A stretch of DNA of 64,000 bases. Origin: Candidatus Multivoradales bacterium. Lineage in GTDB: Bacteria; Acidobacteriota; Thermoanaerobaculia; Multivoradales; JAHEKO01. Under the pieces are notes generated by a model. That model ran no database searches. It saw nothing but the letters and a program-made list of their open reading frames with translations, and was not told where the DNA came from. The DNA is taken from NCBI GenBank assembly GCA_965223155.1, contig CBDCVR010000014.1, positions 1,088,001 to 1,152,000 of the forward strand. Reading direction: 5' to 3'. Positions 51,109-60,403 of the stretch are shown piece after piece. Made by a program: the position numbers and the translations under genes. The stretch's first letter is position 1. Each line of letters begins with the position of its first letter.

Positions 51109-51323
51109 GACCTCGCGTTTCTTGTCTTGCCAGAAGCCCCTGTGCTAGTGTCTCCGCTTGTCTCCAACGCGGTGACCATCGTGAATCGCAGAAACGGAAT
51201 GAAGGGTTTTCGCCCCCCGAGCCTAGACCTCACCACCACCGGTCGTGGACCCAATCGAGGCGCGAAACCCGGGAACTCACACCCGGGGCTCCGGGTCTAA
51301 CTCTCTGGAAGAGGAGGAACAGA

Positions 51324-51995
51324 GTGGCCGATTTTGGCGGAACTTTCGTACAGATCTTCAAGGACGGCGGCTTCGTCATGTGGCCGCTTCTCATTTTCTC
51401 GTTGCTCTCCATCATCTTCATCGTCGAGCGCTGGCTGGCCCTGCGAAAGGCCAAGGTCAACGTCAACGAGTTCCTGGCCAAGACCCGGAAGGAACTCATC
51501 GTCAACCGCTCGATCAAGAACGCCATCAAGGTGTGCGAGGACTATCGCGGTCCCGTGGCTTCGATTCTCAAGGCCGGCCTGCTCAAGTATGGCCAGCCCC
51601 GGGAAGACATCGAAAAGACGATCGAGAACGCCGCTCTCTATGAGATGGGGAGGCTCGAGCGCAATCTCGTGTGGCTCGCGAGTATCGCCAACGTGGCTCC
51701 CTTGCTGGGCTTCTTCGGCACCGTCGTCGGCATGATCAAGTCCTTCGACGCACTGGCCGAAGCGGGTCTCTCGAATCCCGGCCTGGTTGCCGCGGGTATC
51801 TCCGAAGCGCTGATCACGACCGCCGCCGGCCTGTTCGTGGCAATTCCCGCCCAGCTCGCCTACAACTTCTTCATGAGTCGGATCAACAAGTTCGTGCGCG
51901 ACATCGAAACCTCGTCCAACATGCTTCTCGAGACGTTCGGTGAGATGGAGCGAAGCGGTGTCTCCCCGGAGGGTCCTGGCGCTCCCAAGGCGTAA
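51324..51995 (+). CDS. exbB: MotA/TolQ/ExbB proton channel
   Basis: GGFVMWPL, APLLGFFGTVVGMI, GISEALITTAAGL. Confidence 0.93.
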   Translation: MADFGGTFVQIFKDGGFVMWPLLIFSLLSIIFIVERWLALRKAKVNVNEFLAKTRKELIVNRSIKNAIKVCEDYRGPVASILKAGLLKYGQPREDIEKTIENAALYEMGRLERNLVWLASIANVAPLLGFFGTVVGMIKSFDALAEAGLSNPGLVAAGISEALITTAAGLFVAIPAQLAYNFFMSRINKFVRDIETSSNMLLETFGEMERSGVSPEGPGAPKA

Positions 51996-52025
51996 GCGGA
52001 AACCTTCTCTAAGGAGCAAACTGCG

Positions 52026-52466
52026 ATGAAACTACAGGCCCGCTCGGTTCAAAACACCGGAATCCCGACGGCCTCGATGGCGGACATCGCCTTCCTGCTG
52101 ATCATCTTCTTCATGGTCACGATCTCGTTCGAGGTCGACAAGACCACGGTAACGCTGCCCAAGACCGACATCCGCCTCGAGATTCCCAAGAAGTCGGCCT
52201 TCATCTCGGTCACCCAAAACGGCCAGATCCGGGTCAGCAGCGGTGAAGATATCAGCGTTCCGGTCCCCGGCCCGGAGGAGGTTCTCTCCTTCGCCGCCGG
52301 AGTCGTGCAACAGGATCCCAACAAGGCGTTCGTCCTCAAGGCAGACGACGGGGTGCCCTACCAGTACGTGGACCGCGTCATCGATTCGCTCAAGCAGGCC
52401 AAGGCCCAGGTCATCTACCTGCTGTCGGATCAGGAAACCGTTGGAGCAGCAGGAGGTACCGGATGA
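52026..52466 (+). CDS. exbD: ExbD/TolR family protein (1)
   Basis: IPTASMADIAFLLIIFFMVT, LKAD. Confidence 0.9.
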   Translation: MKLQARSVQNTGIPTASMADIAFLLIIFFMVTISFEVDKTTVTLPKTDIRLEIPKKSAFISVTQNGQIRVSSGEDISVPVPGPEEVLSFAAGVVQQDPNKAFVLKADDGVPYQYVDRVIDSLKQAKAQVIYLLSDQETVGAAGGTG

Positions 52467-52900
52467 AGCTCAAACGCGATGGAGTCAGCGACGAGATCCC
52501 GACATCCTCGATGGCGGACATCGCCTTCCTGCTGATCATCTATTTCATGGTCACGACCACCTTCGCGGCGACCCGAGGCCTCGACTTCTCGCTGCCGCAG
52601 GAAGACGACACGCCACCGATGGTCGAGAAGGAAGAGGCCGTGCTGATCGAGATTCAGTCCGGCGGCGTCTTCGTCGTCGACCAGAAGCCGATGCCGCTCG
52701 ACCAGATTCTGGAGTACCTGAAGCCCAAGCTGGAGCGGAACCCGAAGAAGCCCGTCATCATCCGGCCGGATCAGAACACCGAGTACGGATACATGGTGGA
52801 TGTCTTCGACGAGCTACGGCAAGCGCAAGACAAGATCGGCTTGGAGGTCAAGAACATCTCCATTCCGACACAACGTGAAATCGAAATGTTCTGGTTCTAG
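52463..52900 (+). CDS. exbD: ExbD/TolR family protein (2)
   Basis: IPTSSMADIAFLLIIYFMVTT, IRPD...YG. Confidence 0.9.
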   Translation: MKLKRDGVSDEIPTSSMADIAFLLIIYFMVTTTFAATRGLDFSLPQEDDTPPMVEKEEAVLIEIQSGGVFVVDQKPMPLDQILEYLKPKLERNPKKPVIIRPDQNTEYGYMVDVFDELRQAQDKIGLEVKNISIPTQREIEMFWF

Positions 52901-52909
52901 GGGGTTGCC

Positions 52910-53620
52910 ATGGCAGAAAACGTGACACCCAAGAAGACCGCCGATGCCGCCGACAGTGGTGGCGGCGAGTTTCTGACCTTCGCGATGGAGGACCGGGAGG
53001 ACAAGAAGACGATGCGCATGGCGGTGATCTTCGCCATCATCGCTCACGCCATCTTCTTCATCATCAACTGGCCCGAAGCGCAGGCGGAAGAGCACGAGCA
53101 GAAGAAGCCCAAGGTCTACGTCGTCCAGCAGGTGCGCTTCAAGCCTCCGCCACCCAAGCAGCAGCAGGAGATTCCGAAGCCGCGTTCCAAGAAGGTGCCG
53201 ATTCCCGATCCGACTCCGGACGAGCCGGAGCCGATTCGTATCGAGGAAGAGATCGAGCCCGAGCTGGAGATGCCGGACACGGACATCGTCTTCGGGATTC
53301 CCGAGGGCCCGCCGCCGATCGAGCCGACGGGTCCGATCCGTGTCGGTGGCGACGTCAAGCCGCCCAAGAAGGTTCACTACCCGTCGCCTCAGTACACCGA
53401 GATCGCGCGAAAAGCGCGCATCACCGGCGTCGTCATCGTCGAGGCGATCATCGACAAGCAGGGCAGCGTCACCAACGTCAAGGTGCTCAAGGGACTTCCC
53501 ATGGGGCTCGACCAGGCCGCGGCCGAAGCCGTGCGCAAGTGGAAGTTCGAGCCCGCCACGCTCAATGGCAAGCCCGTTGCCGTCATCTACAACCTGACGG
53601 TCAACTTCCAGCTCCAGTGA
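52910..53620 (+). CDS. tonB: Energy transducer TonB
   Basis: TM with His (IIAHA), Pro-rich linker, TonB_C (P.Y...AR..R..GVV, WKFEPA..NGKPV). Confidence 0.93.
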   Translation: MAENVTPKKTADAADSGGGEFLTFAMEDREDKKTMRMAVIFAIIAHAIFFIINWPEAQAEEHEQKKPKVYVVQQVRFKPPPPKQQQEIPKPRSKKVPIPDPTPDEPEPIRIEEEIEPELEMPDTDIVFGIPEGPPPIEPTGPIRVGGDVKPPKKVHYPSPQYTEIARKARITGVVIVEAIIDKQGSVTNVKVLKGLPMGLDQAAAEAVRKWKFEPATLNGKPVAVIYNLTVNFQLQ

Positions 53621-53635
53621 CCTGCCGGCGTCCTC

Positions 53636-53664
53636 GGTCCCCGCTCAGACTCGAGTGGGGACCG
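53636..53664. terminator. GC-rich hairpin after tonB (terminator or processing site)
   Basis: CGGTCCCCGCTC-AGACTC-GAGTGGGGACCG; no U-tract. Confidence 0.45.
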
Positions 53665-53686
53665 ATGCGCCGTGCTTACCGGCCCC

Positions 53687-53702
53687 TGGCATGTGCCTTG
53701 CT
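53687..53702 (+). promoter_or_regulatory. Sigma54 promoter of TPR gene
   Basis: TGGCATGTGCCTTGCT: GG-N10-GC. Confidence 0.75.
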
Positions 53703-53747
53703 CTTTCAACACAGCGAGTGAGCGGGGAGCATGAAAGGAGACTTGAA

Positions 53748-54932
53748 ATGAAACGGAATTCAATTTCTTCGACGATGTTGGCGCCGATTGTGGCGGCCGT
53801 CCTGACCCTTTCGCTGGCAACGAGCGCGTTCGCCGGCTGGCCGGAAGGCGTCGCGGCGTTCAAGTCCGGCAACCTGGGGACCGCCGCGGCCGAGTTCCAG
53901 AAGGTCGTGGATGCTCAGCCGGACTGGCCCGGCGGCCACTTCATGCTGGGCTGGACCTATCTCAAGCAGAAGAAGAGTCAGCAGGCCGTGCAGCATCTGC
54001 GTAAGGCCTACGACCTCAATCCCAAGGATGCCAACACGCAGCTTCGCCTCGGCGAGGCCTACGTCCAGTCGGGCCGGCACTCGGATGCCGTAGCCTTCCT
54101 GAGCAAGATCAACTCTTCGGCCCTACCCAAGGACATGCAGGGGTATCTGGCGCAGCTCAAGGCCGTGGCACTCTCGAAGACCGGTCAGACCGACCAGGCC
54201 GTGGCTGAGTTCGCCAAGGCCGCGAACGCCGATCCGGGGGACGCCGACAAGTGGTTCGCCTATGGCTCGGCCGCTTACAGCGCGGGTGACACCTCCACCG
54301 GCATCCGAGCCCTGGCCAAGGCCGTTCAGCTCGACGGCGGCGATCTCGCCAAGCAGAAGGTCTACGCCCAGGCCCTGCTCAAGCAAGGCCGGACGACCAA
54401 GGGCAACACGAAGATGGACGCCTATCGCAAGGCGGCCGCGGCGGCCCAGAGAGTCGTCGCCGGAAACGGAAGCTTCGACAATCTGATGCTTCTGGGCGGA
54501 GCGGAGCTGGGGGGCAAGAACTACGACGGGGCCATCGCCACCTTCCAGAGGGCGGCGGCGAAGAACGCCTCGGACTGGCTTCCCCACTTCTACGTCGGCC
54601 AGGCGCACACCGCCAAGGGTCAGTACCGCTCGGCTGAGTCGGCCCTGCGCACGGCTCTCGATCGCGCCGGCTCCGCTGCCGACCAGGCCAAGATCTGGCG
54701 GCAGATGGGATACGTCTACGAGAAGCAGAAGAACTTCAACGAGGCCATCAGCGCGTACCGCCGCGGCGGTGACGAAGCCGCCGCCGTCCGTGTCGACGAG
54801 AATCGCAAGATCTCAGAGTACAACCAGGGCGTCGAGCAGGAAGCCGAGGAGATTCAGAAGCTCAAGGAGGAGCAGGACCGCATCAAGAAGGAGCTCCAGG
54901 AGCTCCCAGGCGGACCGCCTCCCGGGATCTGA
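53748..54932 (+). CDS. Exported multi-TPR protein
   Basis: RBS AAGGAG, signal peptide A-F-A, many TPR repeats, C-terminal coiled coil. Confidence 0.9.
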   Translation: MKRNSISSTMLAPIVAAVLTLSLATSAFAGWPEGVAAFKSGNLGTAAAEFQKVVDAQPDWPGGHFMLGWTYLKQKKSQQAVQHLRKAYDLNPKDANTQLRLGEAYVQSGRHSDAVAFLSKINSSALPKDMQGYLAQLKAVALSKTGQTDQAVAEFAKAANADPGDADKWFAYGSAAYSAGDTSTGIRALAKAVQLDGGDLAKQKVYAQALLKQGRTTKGNTKMDAYRKAAAAAQRVVAGNGSFDNLMLLGGAELGGKNYDGAIATFQRAAAKNASDWLPHFYVGQAHTAKGQYRSAESALRTALDRAGSAADQAKIWRQMGYVYEKQKNFNEAISAYRRGGDEAAAVRVDENRKISEYNQGVEQEAEEIQKLKEEQDRIKKELQELPGGPPPGI

Positions 54933-54969
54933 GTGGTACCTGAGATCTCAGCCAATCAACGAATCAACG

Positions 54970-54997
54970 AACCGGGGGCCCAGCCCCCGGTTTTTTC
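54970..54997 (+). terminator. Intrinsic terminator
   Basis: AACCGGGGGC-CCA-GCCCCCGGTT-TTTT. Confidence 0.9.
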
Positions 54998-55885
54998 TTA
55001 TCCGAAGACGCCGGTCCGGTCGCGCAACGGGATGAGACCTCCCGCCAGGCCCGCGACCGTGCCCAGAAGGACCACCAGAGCCGTCTGAGGCACACTCAGA
55101 AACTCTGCCAGGAGCGTCTCGCGCACGACCCACGGCAGGGTCCAGCGCTCGGCCGCCTCGTAGGCTAGCCGCAGAGCCCCCAACGCCAGAATCGATCCCG
55201 CCGCCCCCTGGAGCACCCCTTCCGCCACGAAGGGACCCCGGACGAAAAACTCGGTGGCGCCGATGAGCCGCATAGCCGAGATCTCTCCCCGATGGATCAG
55301 AGTAGACAAGCGCACGACACTGGCGATGGTCACCGCCGCCGCCACCATGAGCAACGCTCCGAGCGCGATGCCGGCCAGTCGCACGATCCCGGCCACGGTA
55401 TCGACGCTACCCAACCACTCCCGATCGTCGTCTAGAGCCTCGACGCCTTCCCAGCCGGCCAGCTCGGCGGCGAGTTCGTCTCCCGCTCCGGTTTCCAGCT
55501 CAAGCTCGAAAGCTCGGGGCAGGAGAACCTCACCATCCGCCTCGATCGCGTCCACAAGCTCAGGAAACCGGCCTCGAAGCCGCTCGGACGCCTCCTCGGA
55601 CGTGACCAGCCGTACCGCTCGAATGCGGGCGTCTCCGGCAAGCCTCGCTTCCAGCTCGGCCAGATCCACCTCGCCGGCAGACGCGGCCGGATAGAGCAAC
55701 ACGCGAGCTTCCGACTGCCAGCTCGCCACCGACCGGCCCAGATTGGACCCCGCGAGCAGCAGCGCGCCCCCCAGAAACAGGCTGACCGCGGTCGTAGCGA
55801 CCGCCAACGAGCTGATCCGCCAGCCACGCGCCACGTTGGCGGCGGCTTCGGCCAGAAAATAGAGAAGGGCCCGCGGCAGTCTCAC
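54998..55885 (-). CDS. ftsX: Cell division permease FtsX
   Basis: 4 TMs, EISAMRLIGAT..FVRGPF..EG. Confidence 0.92.
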   Translation of the reverse strand: MRLPRALLYFLAEAAANVARGWRISSLAVATTAVSLFLGGALLLAGSNLGRSVASWQSEARVLLYPAASAGEVDLAELEARLAGDARIRAVRLVTSEEASERLRGRFPELVDAIEADGEVLLPRAFELELETGAGDELAAELAGWEGVEALDDDREWLGSVDTVAGIVRLAGIALGALLMVAAAVTIASVVRLSTLIHRGEISAMRLIGATEFFVRGPFVAEGVLQGAAGSILALGALRLAYEAAERWTLPWVVRETLLAEFLSVPQTALVVLLGTVAGLAGGLIPLRDRTGVFG

Positions 55886-56598
55886 GCCACCGGAACCGCC
55901 GTCATCCCGCGGCCGGCCGTGGCCGTCGATCCGGCCAACCCGGTGTCCGCGACCAGAGCGCCTTCATCCAGGACTAGTTCCCGCTCGCCGACATGCCGGC
56001 GCAGGGCCGGATCGTGGGTCGCCAGGATCACCGTCGTTCCCTTGCGGTGAATCTCGGCAAAGAGCTCCGCGATCTCCTGCGAGCGCTCCGGATCCAGGTT
56101 GCCGGTCGGCTCGTCGGCGAGCAGAAGCGCGGGCTCGTTGATCAGGGCGCGGGCGATGGCGACTCGTTGCTGCTCGCCTCCGCTCAGTTCGTGCGGATAG
56201 CGGTCGTGGTGCGAGGCCAGTCCCACTCGCTCGAGGGCCTCGCTCGTCTTCGCCTGCAAGAGCTTGCGGCCGACGCCGCTGATCCGCAACAGGAAGGCGA
56301 CGTTGTCGAAGACCGTCCTGCGGGCAATCAGTGAGAAATCCTGAAAGACGATGCCCATGGTCCTGCGCAGATACGGGACCTTCTTGCGCGGCAAGGATCC
56401 AACGTTGCGGCCGTTGACCAGAATCTGTCCGGTCGTGGCCTTCTCCCCGCGATAGATCAGCTTGAGAAACGTGGACTTGCCGGCCCCGCTCCTCCCCGAC
56501 AGCAAGACGAACTGACCGGCAGGAACGTGAACGGTAAGATCCGAGAGCGCCCGCCGATCCCCCGGGTAGATCTTGGACACGCCGAAGAAATCGATCAC
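55882..56598 (-). CDS. ftsE: Cell division ATPase FtsE
   Basis: [40 protein letters not shown]. Confidence 0.95.
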   Translation of the reverse strand: MIDFFGVSKIYPGDRRALSDLTVHVPAGQFVLLSGRSGAGKSTFLKLIYRGEKATTGQILVNGRNVGSLPRKKVPYLRRTMGIVFQDFSLIARRTVFDNVAFLLRISGVGRKLLQAKTSEALERVGLASHHDRYPHELSGGEQQRVAIARALINEPALLLADEPTGNLDPERSQEIAELFAEIHRKGTTVILATHDPALRRHVGERELVLDEGALVADTGLAGSTATAGRGMTAVPVA

Positions 56599-56612
56599 GA
56601 GGTTAGTTTAGC

Positions 56613-57311
56613 GTGCAGCCGCCGCCCGCGATCGAAGCCACTTTCCACCGCGAGCCCGGGCCCCACTGGAAAGCCGGTGGCGGTCAGGACCCCGTCTTCC
56701 TGTTCGGCGGACGCCAGGATTGGTCCCATCCCGACGACGTTCTGGCGCTCCTCGCCGAGGCCGGGATCGAAGCACCGCCCAGCGCCTACCTCGACCAGGT
56801 GCACTCGGCACAAGTGGTCGAGGCCGTTCCCGGAGCGAACGGTACCGGCGACGGACTGTGGACGCGCAATTCCTCGATCGCGCTCACCGTACGGACCGCC
56901 GACTGCCTTCCCGTGCTGTTCGCTTCGGCCACCGTAGCGATGGCGGTCCATGCCGGTTGGCGTGGCCTGGCGGCCGGAATCCTGACCCACGCGCTGGTCG
57001 AGCAGCCGGCCGCGCCGGCCGATCTCACCGCCTGGATCGGCCCCGCAATCGGTGCGTGCTGTTACGAGGTGGACGCGCCAGTGGCCGACCGCGTCGTCGC
57101 GGCCAGCGAGGAAGGAGCCGTCGATCGGGTCCTCGGGAACAAGTACTGGCTGGATCTCCGGCACGCGGCCGAGTGGCAGCTACGCCGGTGTGGTGTCGAG
57201 CAGATCGGCCACGTTCCGGTCTGCACCCGCTGCCGGCAAGATCTGCTGTGGAGTCATCGCGGCGGCGCCGGAGGGCGGGGCCGCAACCTTTCCGCCGTCT
57301 GGCTGGGTTGA
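56613..57311 (+). CDS. pgeF: YfiH/PgeF family (peptidoglycan editing factor, laccase-like domain)
   Basis: QVHS, TADCLPVL, HAGWRG, IGPAIGACCYEV, CTRC, SHR. Confidence 0.92.
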   Translation: MQPPPAIEATFHREPGPHWKAGGGQDPVFLFGGRQDWSHPDDVLALLAEAGIEAPPSAYLDQVHSAQVVEAVPGANGTGDGLWTRNSSIALTVRTADCLPVLFASATVAMAVHAGWRGLAAGILTHALVEQPAAPADLTAWIGPAIGACCYEVDAPVADRVVAASEEGAVDRVLGNKYWLDLRHAAEWQLRRCGVEQIGHVPVCTRCRQDLLWSHRGGAGGRGRNLSAVWLG

Positions 57312-57353
57312 GGCTGGGCGGCCCGGGGCGCGGCCCGGCGGCCCCTCTCGCTC

Positions 57354-57644
57354 CTACATTCCAGGCCGCTGGCGGCGGCGCGTAGAGCGCGTCGGATCGA
57401 TTCCCAAGCCCTTGAGGATCTCGAGGTCCTGGGCGTCGATGCGGAATACGGGACTCGTCCCCGTTGTCGAGACGCCCTCACCGATCGTCGGTTCCGGCTC
57501 TCCGTTGCGGTTCACCACGAAGAAGAGCGAGTAGCCCTCGCTGCGGACCTTGTCGAACAGACCACGAACCTCCTCCGAACTCGACAGAGCACGTACGATG
57601 GCGTGCCTGAGGTCGTTGAGAAGTTCCGTTCCGCCCGAGTTCAA
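57354..57644 (-). CDS. Small hypothetical protein (96 aa)
   Basis: TTG start after AAGGAG; near-consensus promoter upstream; C-terminal F.I...D...LK.LGI pattern. Confidence 0.7.
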   Translation of the reverse strand: MNSGGTELLNDLRHAIVRALSSSEEVRGLFDKVRSEGYSLFFVVNRNGEPEPTIGEGVSTTGTSPVFRIDAQDLEILKGLGIDPTRSTRRRQRPGM

Positions 57645-57669
57645 TCGCGTGCTCCTTGGATCGACCGTC

Positions 57670-57698
57670 ATTATCCGCCCGCCCCGGACGGGTGTCAA
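57670..57698 (-). promoter_or_regulatory. Sigma70-type promoter
   Basis: TTGACA-N17-GATAAT. Confidence 0.7.
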
Positions 57699-57728
57699 AC
57701 CAACCGAAACCGACCAACCGAAACCGAC
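57699..57728. repeat. 14-bp direct tandem repeat in divergent promoter region
   Basis: ACCAACCGAAACCG x2 + AC, abutting the -35 box. Confidence 0.8.
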
Positions 57729-57770
57729 TCTAGGCCGGCACCACGCGGCCTGTGCTAGCTTGCACCGGCC

Positions 57771-58817
57771 ATGGAGGTGAAGGCTCAGAACGCCCCATCG
57801 AAAGCAGATCTCGACGAGTGGCTCGGGGCGGTCGGCTACGGCGGCGGCGTTCGGACAGCGCTCGCCGGAGACGTCTCGACCCGCCGCTACTACCGGCTCC
57901 GCCTCCGGGGTCGTAAGCCCTCGATCTTGGCCGTCTACCCGGCGGACGGCGCGAGCACCGCGAACCGATTTCTCGCAACTACCGAGCTCTTCCGTCGGGT
58001 CGGAATCGACGTCCCGGCGGTCTTGGCGGCCGAGCCCACCCGTGGCCTCATACTGCTCGAGGACCTTGGCGACGAGACGCTTTTTTCATTTCTCGATCGA
58101 CCGCCCCCGGACGAGACACCGGCAGAGCTTGCCGGCCAGATCGAGGCCGCCGCGGAACAGATCGAGGTCATCCAGAAGCTCGAAGCCGAAGCTGTTTCGC
58201 ACCTCAACCCGCCCCTGGATGCCGCGCGCCTACTTGGCGAGCTCGAGCCGGCGGTAGAATTCCTGCTCACCGGCTTCGACGAGGTCTCACCGGCTTCGAT
58301 CAAGACGCTCCGCGCCTTCTGTGAGCGGCTCTGTGCCGGGGCGGCGGCTCCCCAGCTGGTGCCCGCGCACCGCGACTTCATGGTGCGGAACCTGATGGCG
58401 TTTCAGGATCGCTTGGTCGTGATCGATCACCAGGACACCTGCCTCGCGCCACCGATGTACGACCTGGCGAGCTTGCTCAATGACAGCCTCTTCGCCCCGG
58501 CGGCCTTCGAGCGGCGGCTCCTGGACCGGTACGCGCCGAGGGTGGACGAGCTTGCCAACTACCGGCGCTGCGTGGTCCAGCGCACGCTCAAGGCCAGCGC
58601 TACGTTCGTGCGCTTTGCCTTGAGAGGACGCGACGACTACCTGTGGCAGGTGCCGATCCTGCTTGCCCGAGCCGCCCGCGCTGCTCGCGATCTTCCCGAA
58701 GCCGAGCTGGTCGGCAACTCCTGGCTTGACTCCTGGACCGACGGCCGCGCCGTCGAGATCGCCGTCCATCGGGCGCTAGCGGCGGGAGCCAACGGAGCCA
58801 GCGAGCCCGAGTGCTAG
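57771..58817 (+). CDS. Phosphotransferase, AmgK-like (MurNAc/GlcNAc kinase)
   Basis: [46 protein letters not shown]. Confidence 0.85.
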   Translation: MEVKAQNAPSKADLDEWLGAVGYGGGVRTALAGDVSTRRYYRLRLRGRKPSILAVYPADGASTANRFLATTELFRRVGIDVPAVLAAEPTRGLILLEDLGDETLFSFLDRPPPDETPAELAGQIEAAAEQIEVIQKLEAEAVSHLNPPLDAARLLGELEPAVEFLLTGFDEVSPASIKTLRAFCERLCAGAAAPQLVPAHRDFMVRNLMAFQDRLVVIDHQDTCLAPPMYDLASLLNDSLFAPAAFERRLLDRYAPRVDELANYRRCVVQRTLKASATFVRFALRGRDDYLWQVPILLARAARAARDLPEAELVGNSWLDSWTDGRAVEIAVHRALAAGANGASEPEC

Positions 58818-58860
58818 ACTGAACTCTCGACTGGCAAGCAATTCCCGGAGGGCCTACATC

Positions 58861-59043
58861 GTGCCGACACTTGGCGTCCAAGAACTCCTCATCATCCTCC
58901 TGATCGTACTCGTGATCTTCGGAGCCTCCAAGTTGCCGCTCTTGGGCCGCGGACTCGGAGAGGGAATCAAGAACTTCAAAAAAGGCCTGAAGGACGATTC
59001 AGACGAGAACTCTGGCTCGTCCGGATCGGAATCGACCGGCTAG
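58861..59043 (+). CDS. tatA: Twin-arginine translocase TatA/E
   Basis: [35 protein letters not shown]. Confidence 0.95.
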   Translation: MPTLGVQELLIILLIVLVIFGASKLPLLGRGLGEGIKNFKKGLKDDSDENSGSSGSESTG

Positions 59044-59815
59044 CGGCAGGCTCCAAGGAGCCGCCGAACAGCGACTGCGCCTCGAGGAGTAGCAGATCGT
59101 CTTCACCGGTCCGCCGCCACAGCCGTTGGTGGTGGTCCACGTACCGGCCGAGCACCTTGCGCACGTAGCGCTGGGTCTCCCGAAACGGCGGCAAGCCTCC
59201 GAACCGGCGTACGTTGCCGGGACCGGCGTTGTAAGCCGCCAGCGCCAGGGCCAGGTCGCCGTCGAACTCCTCGAGTAACCAATTCAGGTAGCGGGCGCCC
59301 AAATCCACGTTAGAGGCCGGGTTGCTCGGGTCCGAATAGCCATAGAGAGCCGCGGTATCGGGCATCACCTGCATCAAGCCGATCGCGCCGACGGGCGAGA
59401 TCGCCTGCTCGTTGAATCCGGACTCGACCTCGATGACGGAGGCCAGTAGCAGCTCGTCGATGCCGTACTTCCGGGCTGCCCGCGCGATCAAGCGCGAGTA
59501 GGGAACGCCCTTGAGAGCCGCCAGGCGTTGGTCTCGATCGTTGTAGGAGTGAAACAGGCGAAAGCTCTGGTGGCGATCACGCACCGCTTCGACCATGTCG
59601 ATCGAGCGCACCGCTTGAAATCCCGTGGGACGAAAACTGTAGCTATCGGTATCCAGCCAGCCCAGGAGCTCGTCCAGAACCGCAATCTCCTCGAGAGAAG
59701 GCGGCGCGGGACGATCCTCCGCCACCGAAGGAATTCCGGGCGGAGAGTTGAGCGTCGCGATCACGAACAGAATCGTGCCGACGGTGACCTTGGAGGTACG
59801 CGAGCGAATCGACAT
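58976..59815 (-). CDS. Lytic transglycosylase (SLT domain)
   Basis: [34 protein letters not shown]. Confidence 0.92.
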   Translation of the reverse strand: MSIRSRTSKVTVGTILFVIATLNSPPGIPSVAEDRPAPPSLEEIAVLDELLGWLDTDSYSFRPTGFQAVRSIDMVEAVRDRHQSFRLFHSYNDRDQRLAALKGVPYSRLIARAARKYGIDELLLASVIEVESGFNEQAISPVGAIGLMQVMPDTAALYGYSDPSNPASNVDLGARYLNWLLEEFDGDLALALAAYNAGPGNVRRFGGLPPFRETQRYVRKVLGRYVDHHQRLWRRTGEDDLLLLEAQSLFGGSLEPAASRSIPIRTSQSSRLNRPSGLF

Positions 59816-59865
59816 GGCGCTAAGACGGAAAATCCGGCACGAGTGGCCGGTACGGCCTGCCTAGG

Positions 59866-59882
59866 TGCAAGCCGGATACCAA
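59866..59882 (-). promoter_or_regulatory. Sigma54 promoter of SLT gene
   Basis: Minus strand TTGGTATCCGGCTTGCA: GG-N10-GC. Confidence 0.65.
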
Positions 59883-59945
59883 CTCGAGGAGCTAGAGCCG
59901 GGGCTCCCGGACCTCCGGTAACCCCTTGAATCAAAAGGGAATCTT

Positions 59946-60221
59946 CTAGCTGTCGAGGCGTGCCCGGCGGCCGGGGCGGCGCCTGGCGGGCGCCAAATAG
60001 TCCTTCCGGTGAATGCCAAGACTACTGACCTTGTTGCGCAGCGTGTTGCGGTGAATCCCAAGCCGCTCGGCGGTCTTCGACAGGTTGCCCTCGTTCTTGC
60101 GCAAGCTCGCCAGGATGAACTGCTTCTCGAACTCCTTCGAAACCTGGGAGAGGGTCAGGCCGTCGCCGGCCAGCTCGTCGACGAGCTTTGTGAGCCTCCC
60201 GTTGAAGTTCTTCCGCTTCAT
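59946..60221 (-). CDS. Stand-alone Fis-type HTH protein
   Basis: FEKQFILASL...GNLSKTAERLGIHRNTLRNK. Confidence 0.88.
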   Translation of the reverse strand: MKRKNFNGRLTKLVDELAGDGLTLSQVSKEFEKQFILASLRKNEGNLSKTAERLGIHRNTLRNKVSSLGIHRKDYLAPARRRPGRRARLDS

Positions 60222-60403
60222 CCTCTCAGTCGGACTGTGCCAGAGCTTCGGACCATACCACGAACGTCGACGGCCCAACCCCGCCTTCGAGACGAATTCG
60301 CGGACCGATCCGAGCGCCGCACATCGCACGGCTCAAGCCCGGGTCGACCGAAGCCGACAGCGCGCAGAACGCGCGACTCCTAGCCCGACGAACCCGCTCT
60401 GGG

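Noticed and set aside
51120-51323. Cobalamin or other known riboswitch before exbB
   Set aside because: B12-box and other recognisable aptamer consensus not found by eye
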